Positions 10,166 through 19,682 of a stretch of 64,000 nt of DNA are shown here, piece after piece. Location of the stretch: the IMG/VR virus record IMGVR_UViG_3300037780_000034, positions 64,001 to 128,000 of that record, one strand, 5' to 3'. The position numbers and the translations under genes are program-made. The stretch comes from a virus. Taxonomy: Duplodnaviria; Caudoviricetes. Position 1 is the stretch's first letter, and each line of letters opens with the position of its first letter. Under the pieces are notes generated by a model that was given only the letters and a program-made list of their open reading frames with translations, did not search any database and was not told the DNA's origin.

Positions 10166-10933
10166 ATGGAAGAAAGAAAACTTACATACAAAGAATATTT
10201 AATAGAAAAGAAAAAGTTAGAACCAACTTATGCAGAAAAAATCGTTTCTTATTATAAAGATTCATTTACTCATTGTATTTTGACAACAGACATTTTGACA
10301 AAATATAGAAAACAACTATTAGATTTAATAACTGAAAAAGCTTTTTTATCAGAAGACGGTGTTTTAATAAAAACGCCAGACCAAATCGCCAAAGAAAAAG
10401 AAGAAGAAAAAAATGTATTTGGATTTACTTTGGTAAAGTCTCCAACTGATTCAATTGGTTTTATTAATTTTTCTATTGTTCAATATGAACACGATACATT
10501 AGTAGACAGTTATTGTGAAAAATATAGAACTAATTTGTTTGATTTTTACAATTTTATGAATGGTGAGTTTTCAACAAGACCAGATAATTATAAAAAACAT
10601 AAATTATTTTTGTCTGATAATACTACAAAGCAAAATGATAGAACTAATTTAATTTTAAAAGAAATTATATATTCATATGCATATAAATCAAATAAAATTT
10701 ATACAGGACTTTTTAGTTGGAATGACAATCTTGTTATTTGTTCATTAAAATCTTCGTTGGAAACCAATCCCGTTATTCCTTTGATTGACAGTTTAATTGA
10801 TAAAAATAAATTAACCGCCAGAGTTATTAAAAAATCAGAAACAAAAGTATTAACAACCCTATCTGGTTCTAATATTTTGTGTATTTCTCCAAGTGGATGG
10901 GTAATTGAAGCTAAGGATATAGTAATATGTTAA
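10166..10933 (+). CDS. hypothetical protein
   Basis: ORF track 10106-10933; likely start ATG 10166 (MEERKLTYKEYLIE). Confidence 0.55.
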   Translation: MEERKLTYKEYLIEKKKLEPTYAEKIVSYYKDSFTHCILTTDILTKYRKQLLDLITEKAFLSEDGVLIKTPDQIAKEKEEEKNVFGFTLVKSPTDSIGFINFSIVQYEHDTLVDSYCEKYRTNLFDFYNFMNGEFSTRPDNYKKHKLFLSDNTTKQNDRTNLILKEIIYSYAYKSNKIYTGLFSWNDNLVICSLKSSLETNPVIPLIDSLIDKNKLTARVIKKSETKVLTTLSGSNILCISPSGWVIEAKDIVIC

Positions 10934-12552
10934 TTTTTGCTTTTTGGACATTATTTGTTGCACTTGGAATAAGCGTTGTTGCAGCATATTATAGTATTGT
11001 TGGCCTCACTGCAATATTTGCAACCTCAGTTATTCCTATTATAATTATGGGAACAGTTCTTGAAGTTGCAAAAATAACAACTGCGGTATGGCTTCATATG
11101 AATTGGAAAACAGCAAACAACTTAATTAAAACATATCTAACAACTGCAACTGTAGTTCTTATGTTAATCACGAGTATGGGAATTTTTGGATTTTTAAGTA
11201 AAGCACATATTGAGCAAACTTCTGTAGGTGGAGAATATCAAGCAGTTATTTCTCAGTTAGAAAATAATATTCTTATAGAAGAAGAAAAAATAAAAAGAAA
11301 TTCAGAACAAATAGATTTTTTATTAAGCAATTCGTTAAATCGTGAAACTCAGTTACAACAACAAATAGATAATGAACAGGAAAGAATTGAAAGAATACTC
11401 ACAAGAATTCAACCTCTTATTGAAGAACAAGAAAGAATAATTACTAATTCTGATAATGTAAAACAACAACGAATAGCACCAATTCAACAACTAATTACAG
11501 AAAATAGAGAAGAAATTAAAAATTTATCAGAAGAATTATTACAAATTAATAATAGTGATAAATCACAATTATTGTTGACATTATCACAACAGCTAAACAA
11601 TAACACTGACGCATTAGAAAGTATCAATGATAAATTATTGAGCCTTGAACAATTAGTAGATCAAAGAGATAGACAAAGTATTACAGAATTACAATCTATC
11701 ATAGGAATAAACGAAACAAATATAGATGGAATCTATGGACCAAATACTGAAAGAATTTATAATCTATATGTTTCTGAATTAAACAATGAAATAGAAAAAA
11801 TAAAAGAAAACATTGAAAGTATACAACTACAAATTACTAATACACAAGCAGATTTAACACAAGAAAATAACAGAAAGACTTTTATAAATAATCGTATAGA
11901 CCAATTGAATGTTAATATACTTGAAAATACTAATCAAATTGATGAGTTATTATCACAACCAACTGCTCAATCAGCAAATGCAATATCACAAATAGCCGAA
12001 ATTAGACAGACTGCACAATCAGAAATTGACGTTATAAATTCTACTATTGTAGAACTAAGGCAACAAATTTCTAATATATCCGGTGTAGTAGATAATGAAA
12101 GAATATCCGAGTTAGAAACACAAATAGAAAAGTCAAGAGAACAAATTTTGTTGTTGACTTCTGAAATTTTTAGTGTAGAATCACAGATAAGATTGTTAGA
12201 ATCAGAAGTAGGACCAATAAAATATATTGCAGAAATAATTTATCAAAATAGTAATGATAGTGAAATACTAGAAAAATCAGTTAGATTTGTAATTTTACTA
12301 CTTGTATTTGTATTTGACCCTCTTGCAATAATATTAGTGATTGCAGCTATTTCAACAATAGAAAAGAATAGAGTAATACCAAAAAAACCAATTATTAGAA
12401 GAAAAAGAAAAAAGAAAGAAATGCCAATATTACCCGAAAAATCAATATCTGAACCTGATAATGCTGAAACAAAACCTTCTAAGAATGAAAAAAATAACTC
12501 AGACATAAACATGGTTATAAAAACAAAAAGGAACCCACCAAATGTCCAATAA
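10927..12552 (+). CDS. membrane-anchored coiled-coil protein with a peptidoglycan-binding-like motif
   Basis: about 3 N-terminal and 1 C-terminal hydrophobic helices, long Q/E/N/I heptads, LQSIIG...IDGIYGPNTE motif. Confidence 0.65.
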   Translation: MLIFAFWTLFVALGISVVAAYYSIVGLTAIFATSVIPIIIMGTVLEVAKITTAVWLHMNWKTANNLIKTYLTTATVVLMLITSMGIFGFLSKAHIEQTSVGGEYQAVISQLENNILIEEEKIKRNSEQIDFLLSNSLNRETQLQQQIDNEQERIERILTRIQPLIEEQERIITNSDNVKQQRIAPIQQLITENREEIKNLSEELLQINNSDKSQLLLTLSQQLNNNTDALESINDKLLSLEQLVDQRDRQSITELQSIIGINETNIDGIYGPNTERIYNLYVSELNNEIEKIKENIESIQLQITNTQADLTQENNRKTFINNRIDQLNVNILENTNQIDELLSQPTAQSANAISQIAEIRQTAQSEIDVINSTIVELRQQISNISGVVDNERISELETQIEKSREQILLLTSEIFSVESQIRLLESEVGPIKYIAEIIYQNSNDSEILEKSVRFVILLLVFVFDPLAIILVIAAISTIEKNRVIPKKPIIRRKRKKKEMPILPEKSISEPDNAETKPSKNEKNNSDINMVIKTKRNPPNVQ

Positions 12553-12985
12553 TACGTATCACATAACGCCACCAAATTTGATTATGGTAGAAGAAGGAAT
12601 AACTGTATTATTATTGGGTTTTGAACATTCTTCTATATTAAAAATAGAAGAAATATTTGAAAAACAAGTATATGAAGCAGACTTGTTATTTTATTATTCG
12701 GAAAGCAAAATTGATACCGAAACACTTGGATGGGCCAATGCTGTTGCACAAAACTCAGATTTTATTATAATAAATTTAGATAATATAACTCCGTTAGAGT
12801 TAGCAATAGCAGAAGAAAATTTGTTTGACGAAGACGAAGATAGTAAAAAAGTAATAGAATACACAGATATAGGATCAACTAATCCTTTGGTTCTCTATAA
12901 ATTAAATATGGGTGACGTAGTAGTTAAGTCAATGGATGGACTTAACGATTTTATAGAATATGCTTTACAAGATGGAGAAGAATGA
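12542..12985 (+). CDS. hypothetical protein
   Basis: 147-aa acidic ORF. Confidence 0.55.
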   Translation: MSNNTYHITPPNLIMVEEGITVLLLGFEHSSILKIEEIFEKQVYEADLLFYYSESKIDTETLGWANAVAQNSDFIIINLDNITPLELAIAEENLFDEDEDSKKVIEYTDIGSTNPLVLYKLNMGDVVVKSMDGLNDFIEYALQDGEE

Positions 12986-13213
12986 ATGAAGCAAAATAAT
13001 GAATTTTCCTTAAAGGGAACAAAAATAGAAGTAAGAAATAATGATGTCAGTGGCGCTATGCGAAAACTAAAAAAGATAGTAACCACTGAGGGAATATTAA
13101 AAGAGTATCGTGATCGTCAATTTTATACTCCACCAAGTGAAAAACGTAGACTCAAAAAAGCTGCTGCAATTCGTAGATATAAAAAAGAAAAATCAAAACT
13201 AAATGATCTTTAA
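12986..13213 (+). CDS. rpsU: ribosomal protein bS21
   Basis: AMRKLKK...GILKEYRDRQFYTPPSEKRR...AAIRR. Confidence 0.85.
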   Translation: MKQNNEFSLKGTKIEVRNNDVSGAMRKLKKIVTTEGILKEYRDRQFYTPPSEKRRLKKAAAIRRYKKEKSKLNDL

Positions 13214-13227
13214 TATAGAGATAAAAT

Positions 13228-14325
13228 ATGCTTACAACAAATAATCCTAAGTTAGATTTTAATTCTGTTCTAATTGAACCTATTCCTAGTAATATTTCAA
13301 GTAGAAAAGATGTAAGTTTAAAAAAATATTTGCAATTTAGAAATGGTCAAACTTATGAAGGCATTCCGATAATGGCTGCTAACATGGACGGAGTTGGAAC
13401 GTTTGATATGGCAAAAACACTCTCTGTTATGGGAATGTTTACTTGTTTATCAAAAACATACGACGAAGCCGATCTTGTATCATTTTTTAAAGATGCAGAA
13501 ACCCATATAACTGAAAATGTTGCATATTCTACTGGTATTTCTAATTCAGATTTTAACAAGTTTGAATCAGTATATAGTGAAGTTGGAACAAAAATAAAAT
13601 ACTTATGCATTGATGTTGCAAATGGATATCTTTCTGTTTTTGTAGATTTTATAAAGAAAATACGAACACTTTATCCACAATTAGTTATCATTGCAGGTAA
13701 TGTTGTAACTCCTGAAATGACTGAAATTCTTGCAAAAGCAGGAGCAGATTTTATAAAAATTGGAATCGGCAGTGGTTCTGCATGCACGACTAGAATAAAA
13801 ACAGGTATAGGGTTTCCTCAACTATCTGCTATACTTGAATGTGCAGATATTGCTGATAGTATGGGATCATTTATTATTTCAGATGGTGGATGCACTTGTC
13901 CTGGTGATATTTCTAAGGCATTTGTCGCTGGTGCGGATTTTGTAATGTTAGGTGGAATGTTAGCTGGTCATGATGAAGGCGGTGGCAAAGTTATTACGAA
14001 ATTTTATGAAAGTGATGAATATGACAGTGAATATGTTCATGAACGTATCAAAAAAACTGAAGTGAAAAAATTTGTTCAATTCTACGGAATGAGTTCAAAA
14101 TCTGCCAATGATAAACACTTTGGTGGTTTAAAAGAATACCGAACGTCAGAAGGGCGTGAGGTTCTTGTTCCTTATCGTGGTAAGGTTCAAGATACTGTGC
14201 AAGATATTCTTGGCGGTATAAGAAGCACTTGCACATATTGCAATTCTGCAAATTTGCAAGAATTGTATGAAAATGCTAGATTTATACGAGTAACACAACA
14301 GTATAATAATGTGTTTTCAAATTAA
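13228..14325 (+). CDS. guaC: GMP reductase
   Basis: IMAANMDGVGTF, CIDVANGY, KIGIGSGSACTTR, SDGGCTCPGD, FYGMSS, YRTSEG. Confidence 0.93.
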   Translation: MLTTNNPKLDFNSVLIEPIPSNISSRKDVSLKKYLQFRNGQTYEGIPIMAANMDGVGTFDMAKTLSVMGMFTCLSKTYDEADLVSFFKDAETHITENVAYSTGISNSDFNKFESVYSEVGTKIKYLCIDVANGYLSVFVDFIKKIRTLYPQLVIIAGNVVTPEMTEILAKAGADFIKIGIGSGSACTTRIKTGIGFPQLSAILECADIADSMGSFIISDGGCTCPGDISKAFVAGADFVMLGGMLAGHDEGGGKVITKFYESDEYDSEYVHERIKKTEVKKFVQFYGMSSKSANDKHFGGLKEYRTSEGREVLVPYRGKVQDTVQDILGGIRSTCTYCNSANLQELYENARFIRVTQQYNNVFSN

Positions 14326-14335
14326 TAAATACAGA

Positions 14336-14392
14336 TGAGTGCCATAATGGACTCAATAATTAATCTTGCTTTAATAAAGGAGAAAATAAATG
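14336..14392 (+). promoter_or_regulatory. ROSE-like RNA thermometer 5' UTR of hsp20
   Basis: hairpin TGAGT..ACTCA (14336-14355), then UCUU-G-CUUU/AAAG-GAGA stem (14364-14383) that sequesters the SD with a bulged G. Confidence 0.6.
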
Positions 14393-14845
14393 ACAAGAAT
14401 AACTACTTTTGATTTACCACAACTTGCTAGGTCTTCTGTTGGATTTGAGAGAATGTTTGATGAAATAAATCGTCAATTTGAAAATTCAAAATCTAATGGA
14501 TATCCTCCATATAACGTGGTTGAACTTGAAGAAGATCAGTGGATTATCAGTCTTGCAGTTGCCGGATTTGGAATTGATGACTTTGATATAACACTTGACA
14601 GAAATGTGTTAACGGTAGAAGGAACTTCCAAAAAGAACGACGAAGATGTTAAATATCTTCATAAAGGAATTGGAAGTCGTAATTTCCGCAGACAGTTTAC
14701 CTTAGCAGAACACATTGAAGTAGAAAATGCAAATCTTGATTTGGGAATTTTAAATATTCATCTGAAACGTAATGTTCCAGAAGAAATGCAACCTAAAAAG
14801 ATTTCCATAATAGCTCCTGTTAGTTTAGAAAATAATAGAGACTAA
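14390..14845 (+). CDS. hsp20: small heat shock protein Hsp20 (IbpA-like)
   Basis: GFERMF, YPPYNV, AVAGF, YLHKGIGSRNFRRQFTLAE, GILNIHL. Confidence 0.93.
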   Translation: MTRITTFDLPQLARSSVGFERMFDEINRQFENSKSNGYPPYNVVELEEDQWIISLAVAGFGIDDFDITLDRNVLTVEGTSKKNDEDVKYLHKGIGSRNFRRQFTLAEHIEVENANLDLGILNIHLKRNVPEEMQPKKISIIAPVSLENNRD

Positions 14846-14860
14846 ACTATTATTATCCGT

Positions 14861-14894
14861 ATCATAGGGAGATTATAATCTCCCTATGATTTTA
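14861..14894 (+). terminator. intrinsic terminator
   Basis: perfect 30-nt palindrome ATCATAGGGAGATTATAATCTCCCTATGAT followed by T run. Confidence 0.8.
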
Positions 14895-14925
14895 TTATAT
14901 CAAACAATTTATTATAGGTTTAAAA

Positions 14926-15252
14926 ATGCCAGAAATGCAAGAAATACTAGAACATATACGAGAAGGAAAAAAACAATCAAAAAAAGTAAATTTTTCTGAT
15001 ATCAAAAAATGGAATGTTATATTTTATAATGATAACAAAACAACAATGGAATTTGTCATTTCTGTATTAGTTGAAATATTTAATCATACAGAAACTAAAG
15101 CAAAAGAATTAACTTTTAAAATTCACGAAGATGGTAGTGCTATAGTAGGTCAATACATATATGAAATTGCAGAACAAAAAGCATCTGAAACACTAACATT
15201 TGCATCTATGAATTCGTATCCATTAAAAGTAAATATCGAAAAAGATGAGTAA
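14926..15252 (+). CDS. clpS: ATP-dependent Clp protease adaptor ClpS
   Basis: VIFYNDNKTTMEFVISVL...IHEDGSAIVG...EIAEQK. Confidence 0.88.
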   Translation: MPEMQEILEHIREGKKQSKKVNFSDIKKWNVIFYNDNKTTMEFVISVLVEIFNHTETKAKELTFKIHEDGSAIVGQYIYEIAEQKASETLTFASMNSYPLKVNIEKDE

Positions 15253-15332
15253 CACAAGCTATTCGTTTTATGCATACCGACTCTTCCTAAAACACATTTG
15301 TTTTTGATGAAAATCTATGATAAGTATATGAT

Positions 15333-15699
15333 GTGAACAAAGAAAACAATAGGAGATTCTTTATGTTTGGTTATATACTAAGATTTTTTCGTAACAGTAA
15401 GTCATTAAAAGATGCAGACTTGCAAAGATTTGCTAGAAATGAATTTAAAAAAGATGCAGAATATGCATATTACTGGATGAAAAAAAATAAAACAATATTT
15501 ATGTCATATGGAGATATTAGAAATGTATAATGCGATGAAAACAAAAATTTCAAATATAATAGAGATAATATACTATCATCTAGAAATAATGAGTTATGCA
15601 CGATCCATTTCTATGTTATATGATATGGGATATCCAGACCTTGCAAAGAAAGCTTTTGAAAATTTAAAAGAGTTCCAAAAGCAATACAACAAAGGTTGA
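15333..15699 (+). CDS. two small hypothetical proteins (15333-15530, 15508-15699)
   Basis: overlapping short ORFs, no motif recognised. Confidence 0.4.
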
Positions 15700-16358
15700 C
15701 ACTAACGCATCGTTCTGCTATATCCACAGATGTAAGTCTAATAGGATATAGCAGAATGATCAATGTCCAAGGAAAACTGCCGAAAGAATTGGTAATCGCT
15801 TGTAGCGGCGGCCCTGACAGTATGGCAATCGTTGATTTCCTAAAACGTAAGCACAAAGTTATGCTACAATTTGTTCATCATATGACAGATACAAGTGATG
15901 AAGCATTTGACTTGCTTAAAAAATATGGAAAAGACCATAATATTGATGTTTTCGTAGACTATATTGATCCCGATGTTCCAAAAGGTGTTAGCCAAGAAGA
16001 ACATTGGCGTAATCAACGATATGATGTATTCTTTAAATATAAAAGTCATCCCGTAATTACTGGTCATCATCTTGATGATTGTGTGGAAACTTGGATTTGG
16101 AGTTCTATGCACGGTATGGGAAAAATTATTCCATATCGTAACAACAATGTTATTCGTCCGTTTCGCACAACTCGTAAAACTGATTTTGTAAACTGGTGTG
16201 ATCGTAACAATGTGCCTTATATGATTGATAAATCAAACAATGATCAAAAGTATATGAGGAATTATATTCGCCATACAGTTCTTCCTAACGTATTGCATAT
16301 TAATCCAGGAATTCATAAGACTATCAAAAAGAAAATTATCAATGAAGATATTTGTTAA
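15696..16358 (+). CDS. tilS: tRNA(Ile)-lysidine synthetase, minimal PP-loop domain only
   Basis: ACSGGPDSM, EEHWRNQRY, TGHHLDDCVET, IRP, DKSN...RNYIRH; likely start ATG 15756. Confidence 0.82.
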   Translation: MTLTHRSAISTDVSLIGYSRMINVQGKLPKELVIACSGGPDSMAIVDFLKRKHKVMLQFVHHMTDTSDEAFDLLKKYGKDHNIDVFVDYIDPDVPKGVSQEEHWRNQRYDVFFKYKSHPVITGHHLDDCVETWIWSSMHGMGKIIPYRNNNVIRPFRTTRKTDFVNWCDRNNVPYMIDKSNNDQKYMRNYIRHTVLPNVLHINPGIHKTIKKKIINEDIC

Positions 16359-16376
16359 ATACTCCTAAACAGGAGA

Positions 16377-16964
16377 TTGACAATGACACATTATGTTTTT
16401 ATTCACGGAGCAAATTCCAGTGGAAATAGTTTTAATTATACATTATCACAATTAGAATTAAACAAAAAAGATTATACCCTTGTAAAATATAAAAGTTCTG
16501 ATGGATTTTATTTTAATTTAGAGCAAATGGCTGATAAAATAAAAGATAAAAAGAATATACTTGTAGTAGGGCATAGCTTGGGCGGATTATATGCATTGCA
16601 TTTGACAAAATTAGTAAATGTAGTATCCGGAATAAGTATATCAACCCCGTTCAATGGAAGTTCACTTGCAGATTGGGCAAAGTTTATGATGCCAAATTAT
16701 CAATTATGGCACGATATTGGCACAAACAGTCATCCAGTTGTTATGGGAAAAGAAATAAATCTTGAAATTCCGTGGACACAAATAGTTTCTACAAAAGGAA
16801 GGGTTCCTTGGATTGTTCCAGACAACGATGGTGTAGTCACTATTAGAAGTCAAAAATCAAGAAAAGATATGAATTTTTTAGAATTGCCTTATAACCATTA
16901 TGAAATTATGTGTGTTCCACAAACAGTAGAAGTTATAAAAAGTCATAAAAATATGATGGATTGA
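16377..16964 (+). CDS. alpha/beta hydrolase
   Basis: FIHGA, GHSLGG nucleophile elbow, NDGVV, NHYE. Confidence 0.85.
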   Translation: MTMTHYVFIHGANSSGNSFNYTLSQLELNKKDYTLVKYKSSDGFYFNLEQMADKIKDKKNILVVGHSLGGLYALHLTKLVNVVSGISISTPFNGSSLADWAKFMMPNYQLWHDIGTNSHPVVMGKEINLEIPWTQIVSTKGRVPWIVPDNDGVVTIRSQKSRKDMNFLELPYNHYEIMCVPQTVEVIKSHKNMMD

Positions 16965-16989
16965 CAAGATATAGTCAATGTGATATACC
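16961..16989 (+). promoter_or_regulatory. sigma70-type promoter
   Basis: TTGACA-17nt-(TG)TATACC. Confidence 0.5.
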
Positions 16990-17012
16990 TTGATAAAACA
17001 AGGAGTATCACA

Positions 17013-17468
17013 ATGAAAAAGGGCGAATCACTTTCAACTGCAATTCATATTGCAACTAATGCACATCACGGGCAGTTTGATAAAGGCGGAAAGCCTTATA
17101 TTCTTCATTGTTTCCGTGTAATGAACTATCTTGACACCGATGATGAAGAATTGCAATGTATTGCACTTTTGCACGATGTTGCAGAAGATACAAAAACAAC
17201 TTTTCAAGATATGCTTGATAGTGGTATGTCTAAACGTATTGTTGATGCAGTAAAATTGTTAACAAAGATGCCCGGTCAAACATACGAAGAATATAAAACC
17301 GGAGTTCTTTCAAATATTGATGCTATGCTTGTAAAAAAAGCAGATTTGACTGATAATTCCGATATACGGCGACTAAAAGGAATTACAGAGCGTGATATTG
17401 AAAGAACTGCAAAATATCATCGGTTCTATCTTGAGATTGAATCCAAAATGAGAGAGAAAAATGTATAA
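17013..17468 (+). CDS. RelA/SpoT-type HD-domain hydrolase (small alarmone hydrolase/Mesh1-like)
   Basis: AHHGQFDKGGKPYILH, LLHDVAEDT, VKKADLTDN; SD AGGAG before ATG 17013. Confidence 0.8.
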   Translation: MKKGESLSTAIHIATNAHHGQFDKGGKPYILHCFRVMNYLDTDDEELQCIALLHDVAEDTKTTFQDMLDSGMSKRIVDAVKLLTKMPGQTYEEYKTGVLSNIDAMLVKKADLTDNSDIRRLKGITERDIERTAKYHRFYLEIESKMREKNV

Positions 17469-18633
17469 AAATATTAAAAAGTTTGATCCCATTTATAAAC
17501 GTGATTCCAGTGGGTCAACACGAATGTGGTCTATGCAAATCGGTTATACCGATACATCTGCATCACATCGTGTTGTATCCGGTGTATTAAATGGTAAGAT
17601 GGTAACAAGTGAATGGAAAGCGTGTAATCCAAAAAATATCGGAAAATCAAACGAGACAACTGCTTTGCAACAAGCAGAATCAGAAGTATCTTCATTGTAT
17701 ACAAAAAAGTTAGAGACCGGATATTTCAAAAATGTCAAAGAAATAGATGAGTTTGCAAAAACAAAACCTATGCTGGCATCACAACACGAAAATCATACTT
17801 ATGATTTTAAAAATAATATGTATTATTCTCAGCCAAAGATTGATGGTATCAGGTGCATTGCACGAAAAGATGGTCTATGGACAAGAACAGGTAAAGAAAT
17901 TGTTTCTATCCCTCACATTGGTAAAGAACTTAAAAATTTCTTTGAAAAATATCCGGATGCAATAATTGACGGAGAATTATACAACCACGATCTTAAAGAC
18001 GATTTTAATAAAATCACTTCTCTTGTTCGTAAAACAAAACCAAAACAATATGATTATGTAGAAACACAAAAACTTGTTCAATATCATATTTATGATATGG
18101 TCAATATGCCAGAAAAAGAAAAAACATTTTATGGAAAAAATCCATTTTTTAGTGATAGAATTTCGTGGCTAAAAGATGAATTGCTAAATTCATTTTCTGT
18201 AAACGATACCTTTATTAAATTTGTTCCTACACTTGCAGTGTATGATATGGAACAACTTGATAAATTATATGGTGAATATCTTGAATATGGATACGAAGGC
18301 CAAATGATACGCATAAACGCAGTTTATCAAGAAGATAAACGTTCTAAATATCTTATAAAACGAAAAGAGTTTTTAAGTGAAGAATTTCCAGTTTTAGAAA
18401 TGACAGAAGGACAAGGAAATTGGGCTGGACATATAAAGCAGCTTGTTCTACAATTGCCAGATGAAAGGAAGTTTGGAGCAGGAATTCGCGGGACACAAGA
18501 AGTTCTTAGCAATTTATACAAAAATGGAAAAAAACCGGATTGGGCAACAGTAAGATACTTTACGCCTACACCAGATGGTATACCTCGTTTCCCAGTAGTG
18601 GTTGATTGGGGATATGGAACTCGTAACGATTGA
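17461..18633 (+). CDS. lig: ATP-dependent DNA ligase
   Basis: QPKIDGIR (motif I), IDGELY, YHIYD, EGQMIR, KRK; OB-fold C-terminus. Confidence 0.9.
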   Translation: MYKNIKKFDPIYKRDSSGSTRMWSMQIGYTDTSASHRVVSGVLNGKMVTSEWKACNPKNIGKSNETTALQQAESEVSSLYTKKLETGYFKNVKEIDEFAKTKPMLASQHENHTYDFKNNMYYSQPKIDGIRCIARKDGLWTRTGKEIVSIPHIGKELKNFFEKYPDAIIDGELYNHDLKDDFNKITSLVRKTKPKQYDYVETQKLVQYHIYDMVNMPEKEKTFYGKNPFFSDRISWLKDELLNSFSVNDTFIKFVPTLAVYDMEQLDKLYGEYLEYGYEGQMIRINAVYQEDKRSKYLIKRKEFLSEEFPVLEMTEGQGNWAGHIKQLVLQLPDERKFGAGIRGTQEVLSNLYKNGKKPDWATVRYFTPTPDGIPRFPVVVDWGYGTRND

Positions 18634-18656
18634 TAACATAATATAGGAATATAGTT

Positions 18657-19040
18657 ATGAAATTATTAAACTTTTTTAAAAATATTACTAAATCTCTTTT
18701 TTCAAAATATGCAGTTTACACATATAATACAAGAGGAACAACATTTTATGTTGGTTGTTATAAATATAGAGGAAAATGGTATGGAATTGACAGAAAAATT
18801 CCCGATATTGAAGAAGAACTATTAACAAATAACAATATAAATTCTGTTACGAATAAAGTATATTCAGATAATTTTTTATGGAGAATTGACTTTAATATTA
18901 CTCCAGCCACCGGAGATAGAATACATGAATATTGCACAGTTAACAACAAAGAAGATGCCAAGTTTGCTATAAAAAAGCATAAAGATATACAAAACTTTTT
19001 AAAGAGTAAAAATGTTAAGCCAACAGTAGAATACTGTTGA
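18657..19040 (+). CDS. hypothetical protein
   Basis: 127-aa ORF with SD. Confidence 0.5.
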   Translation: MKLLNFFKNITKSLFSKYAVYTYNTRGTTFYVGCYKYRGKWYGIDRKIPDIEEELLTNNNINSVTNKVYSDNFLWRIDFNITPATGDRIHEYCTVNNKEDAKFAIKKHKDIQNFLKSKNVKPTVEYC

Positions 19041-19065
19041 CACTGTATACTGATTATGTCATAGT
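19037..19065 (+). promoter_or_regulatory. sigma70-type promoter
   Basis: TTGACA-17nt-CATAGT; GATTC at 19067-19071. Confidence 0.6.
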
Positions 19066-19091
19066 GGATTCACCACAGTAAGGAACATTCT

Positions 19092-19682
19092 ATGAACTAT
19101 TGTTTTCCACAAATTCGCACAATTGATGATGTCCTTCCTTATATAAAAGGACGTGAAGAATTTGTTGTTGCTGAACGTGAGTTTGGCACAGTGATAAACT
19201 ATATGGTATCAATGCCAGACACGTTTGATATGAAGGGACCAGATGATTTAGGCGGGGCTATTCGTCGTGAATGTCGTGGAATTAAGTTCTATCCTGACGG
19301 AACTATTGCTTCTCGTGTTTTTCATAAATTTTTCAATATTGGAGAACGTGAAGAAACACAAATTCATAAAATTGATTTAACGTTACAACACACACTTATG
19401 GACAAACGTGATGGAAGTATGATACACCCGATGATGGTAAATGGGTATATTCGCTGGATGACAAAAATGGGTTTATCAGATGTAGCATTGCAAGCAGAAA
19501 AATATATCAATACCACAAACAACTATAATCCTTTTGCTGCTTGGTGTATTGAAAGCGGATTAACTCCAATTTTTGAATATACTGGTCCAAATAACCGAAT
19601 TGTTGTTTCTTATGAAAAAGAAGAATTAGTTCTACTTGCAGTTCGTGACAACATTACTGGAGAATATCTTGATGTTACTTGA
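19092..19682 (+). CDS. T4 Rnl1-type RNA ligase, N-terminal part
   Basis: RECRGIKF, FHKFFNIGE, KRDGSMI (motif I), FEYTGPNNRIV (III), LAVRDNITGEY (IIIa). Confidence 0.85.
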   Translation: MNYCFPQIRTIDDVLPYIKGREEFVVAEREFGTVINYMVSMPDTFDMKGPDDLGGAIRRECRGIKFYPDGTIASRVFHKFFNIGEREETQIHKIDLTLQHTLMDKRDGSMIHPMMVNGYIRWMTKMGLSDVALQAEKYINTTNNYNPFAAWCIESGLTPIFEYTGPNNRIVVSYEKEELVLLAVRDNITGEYLDVT

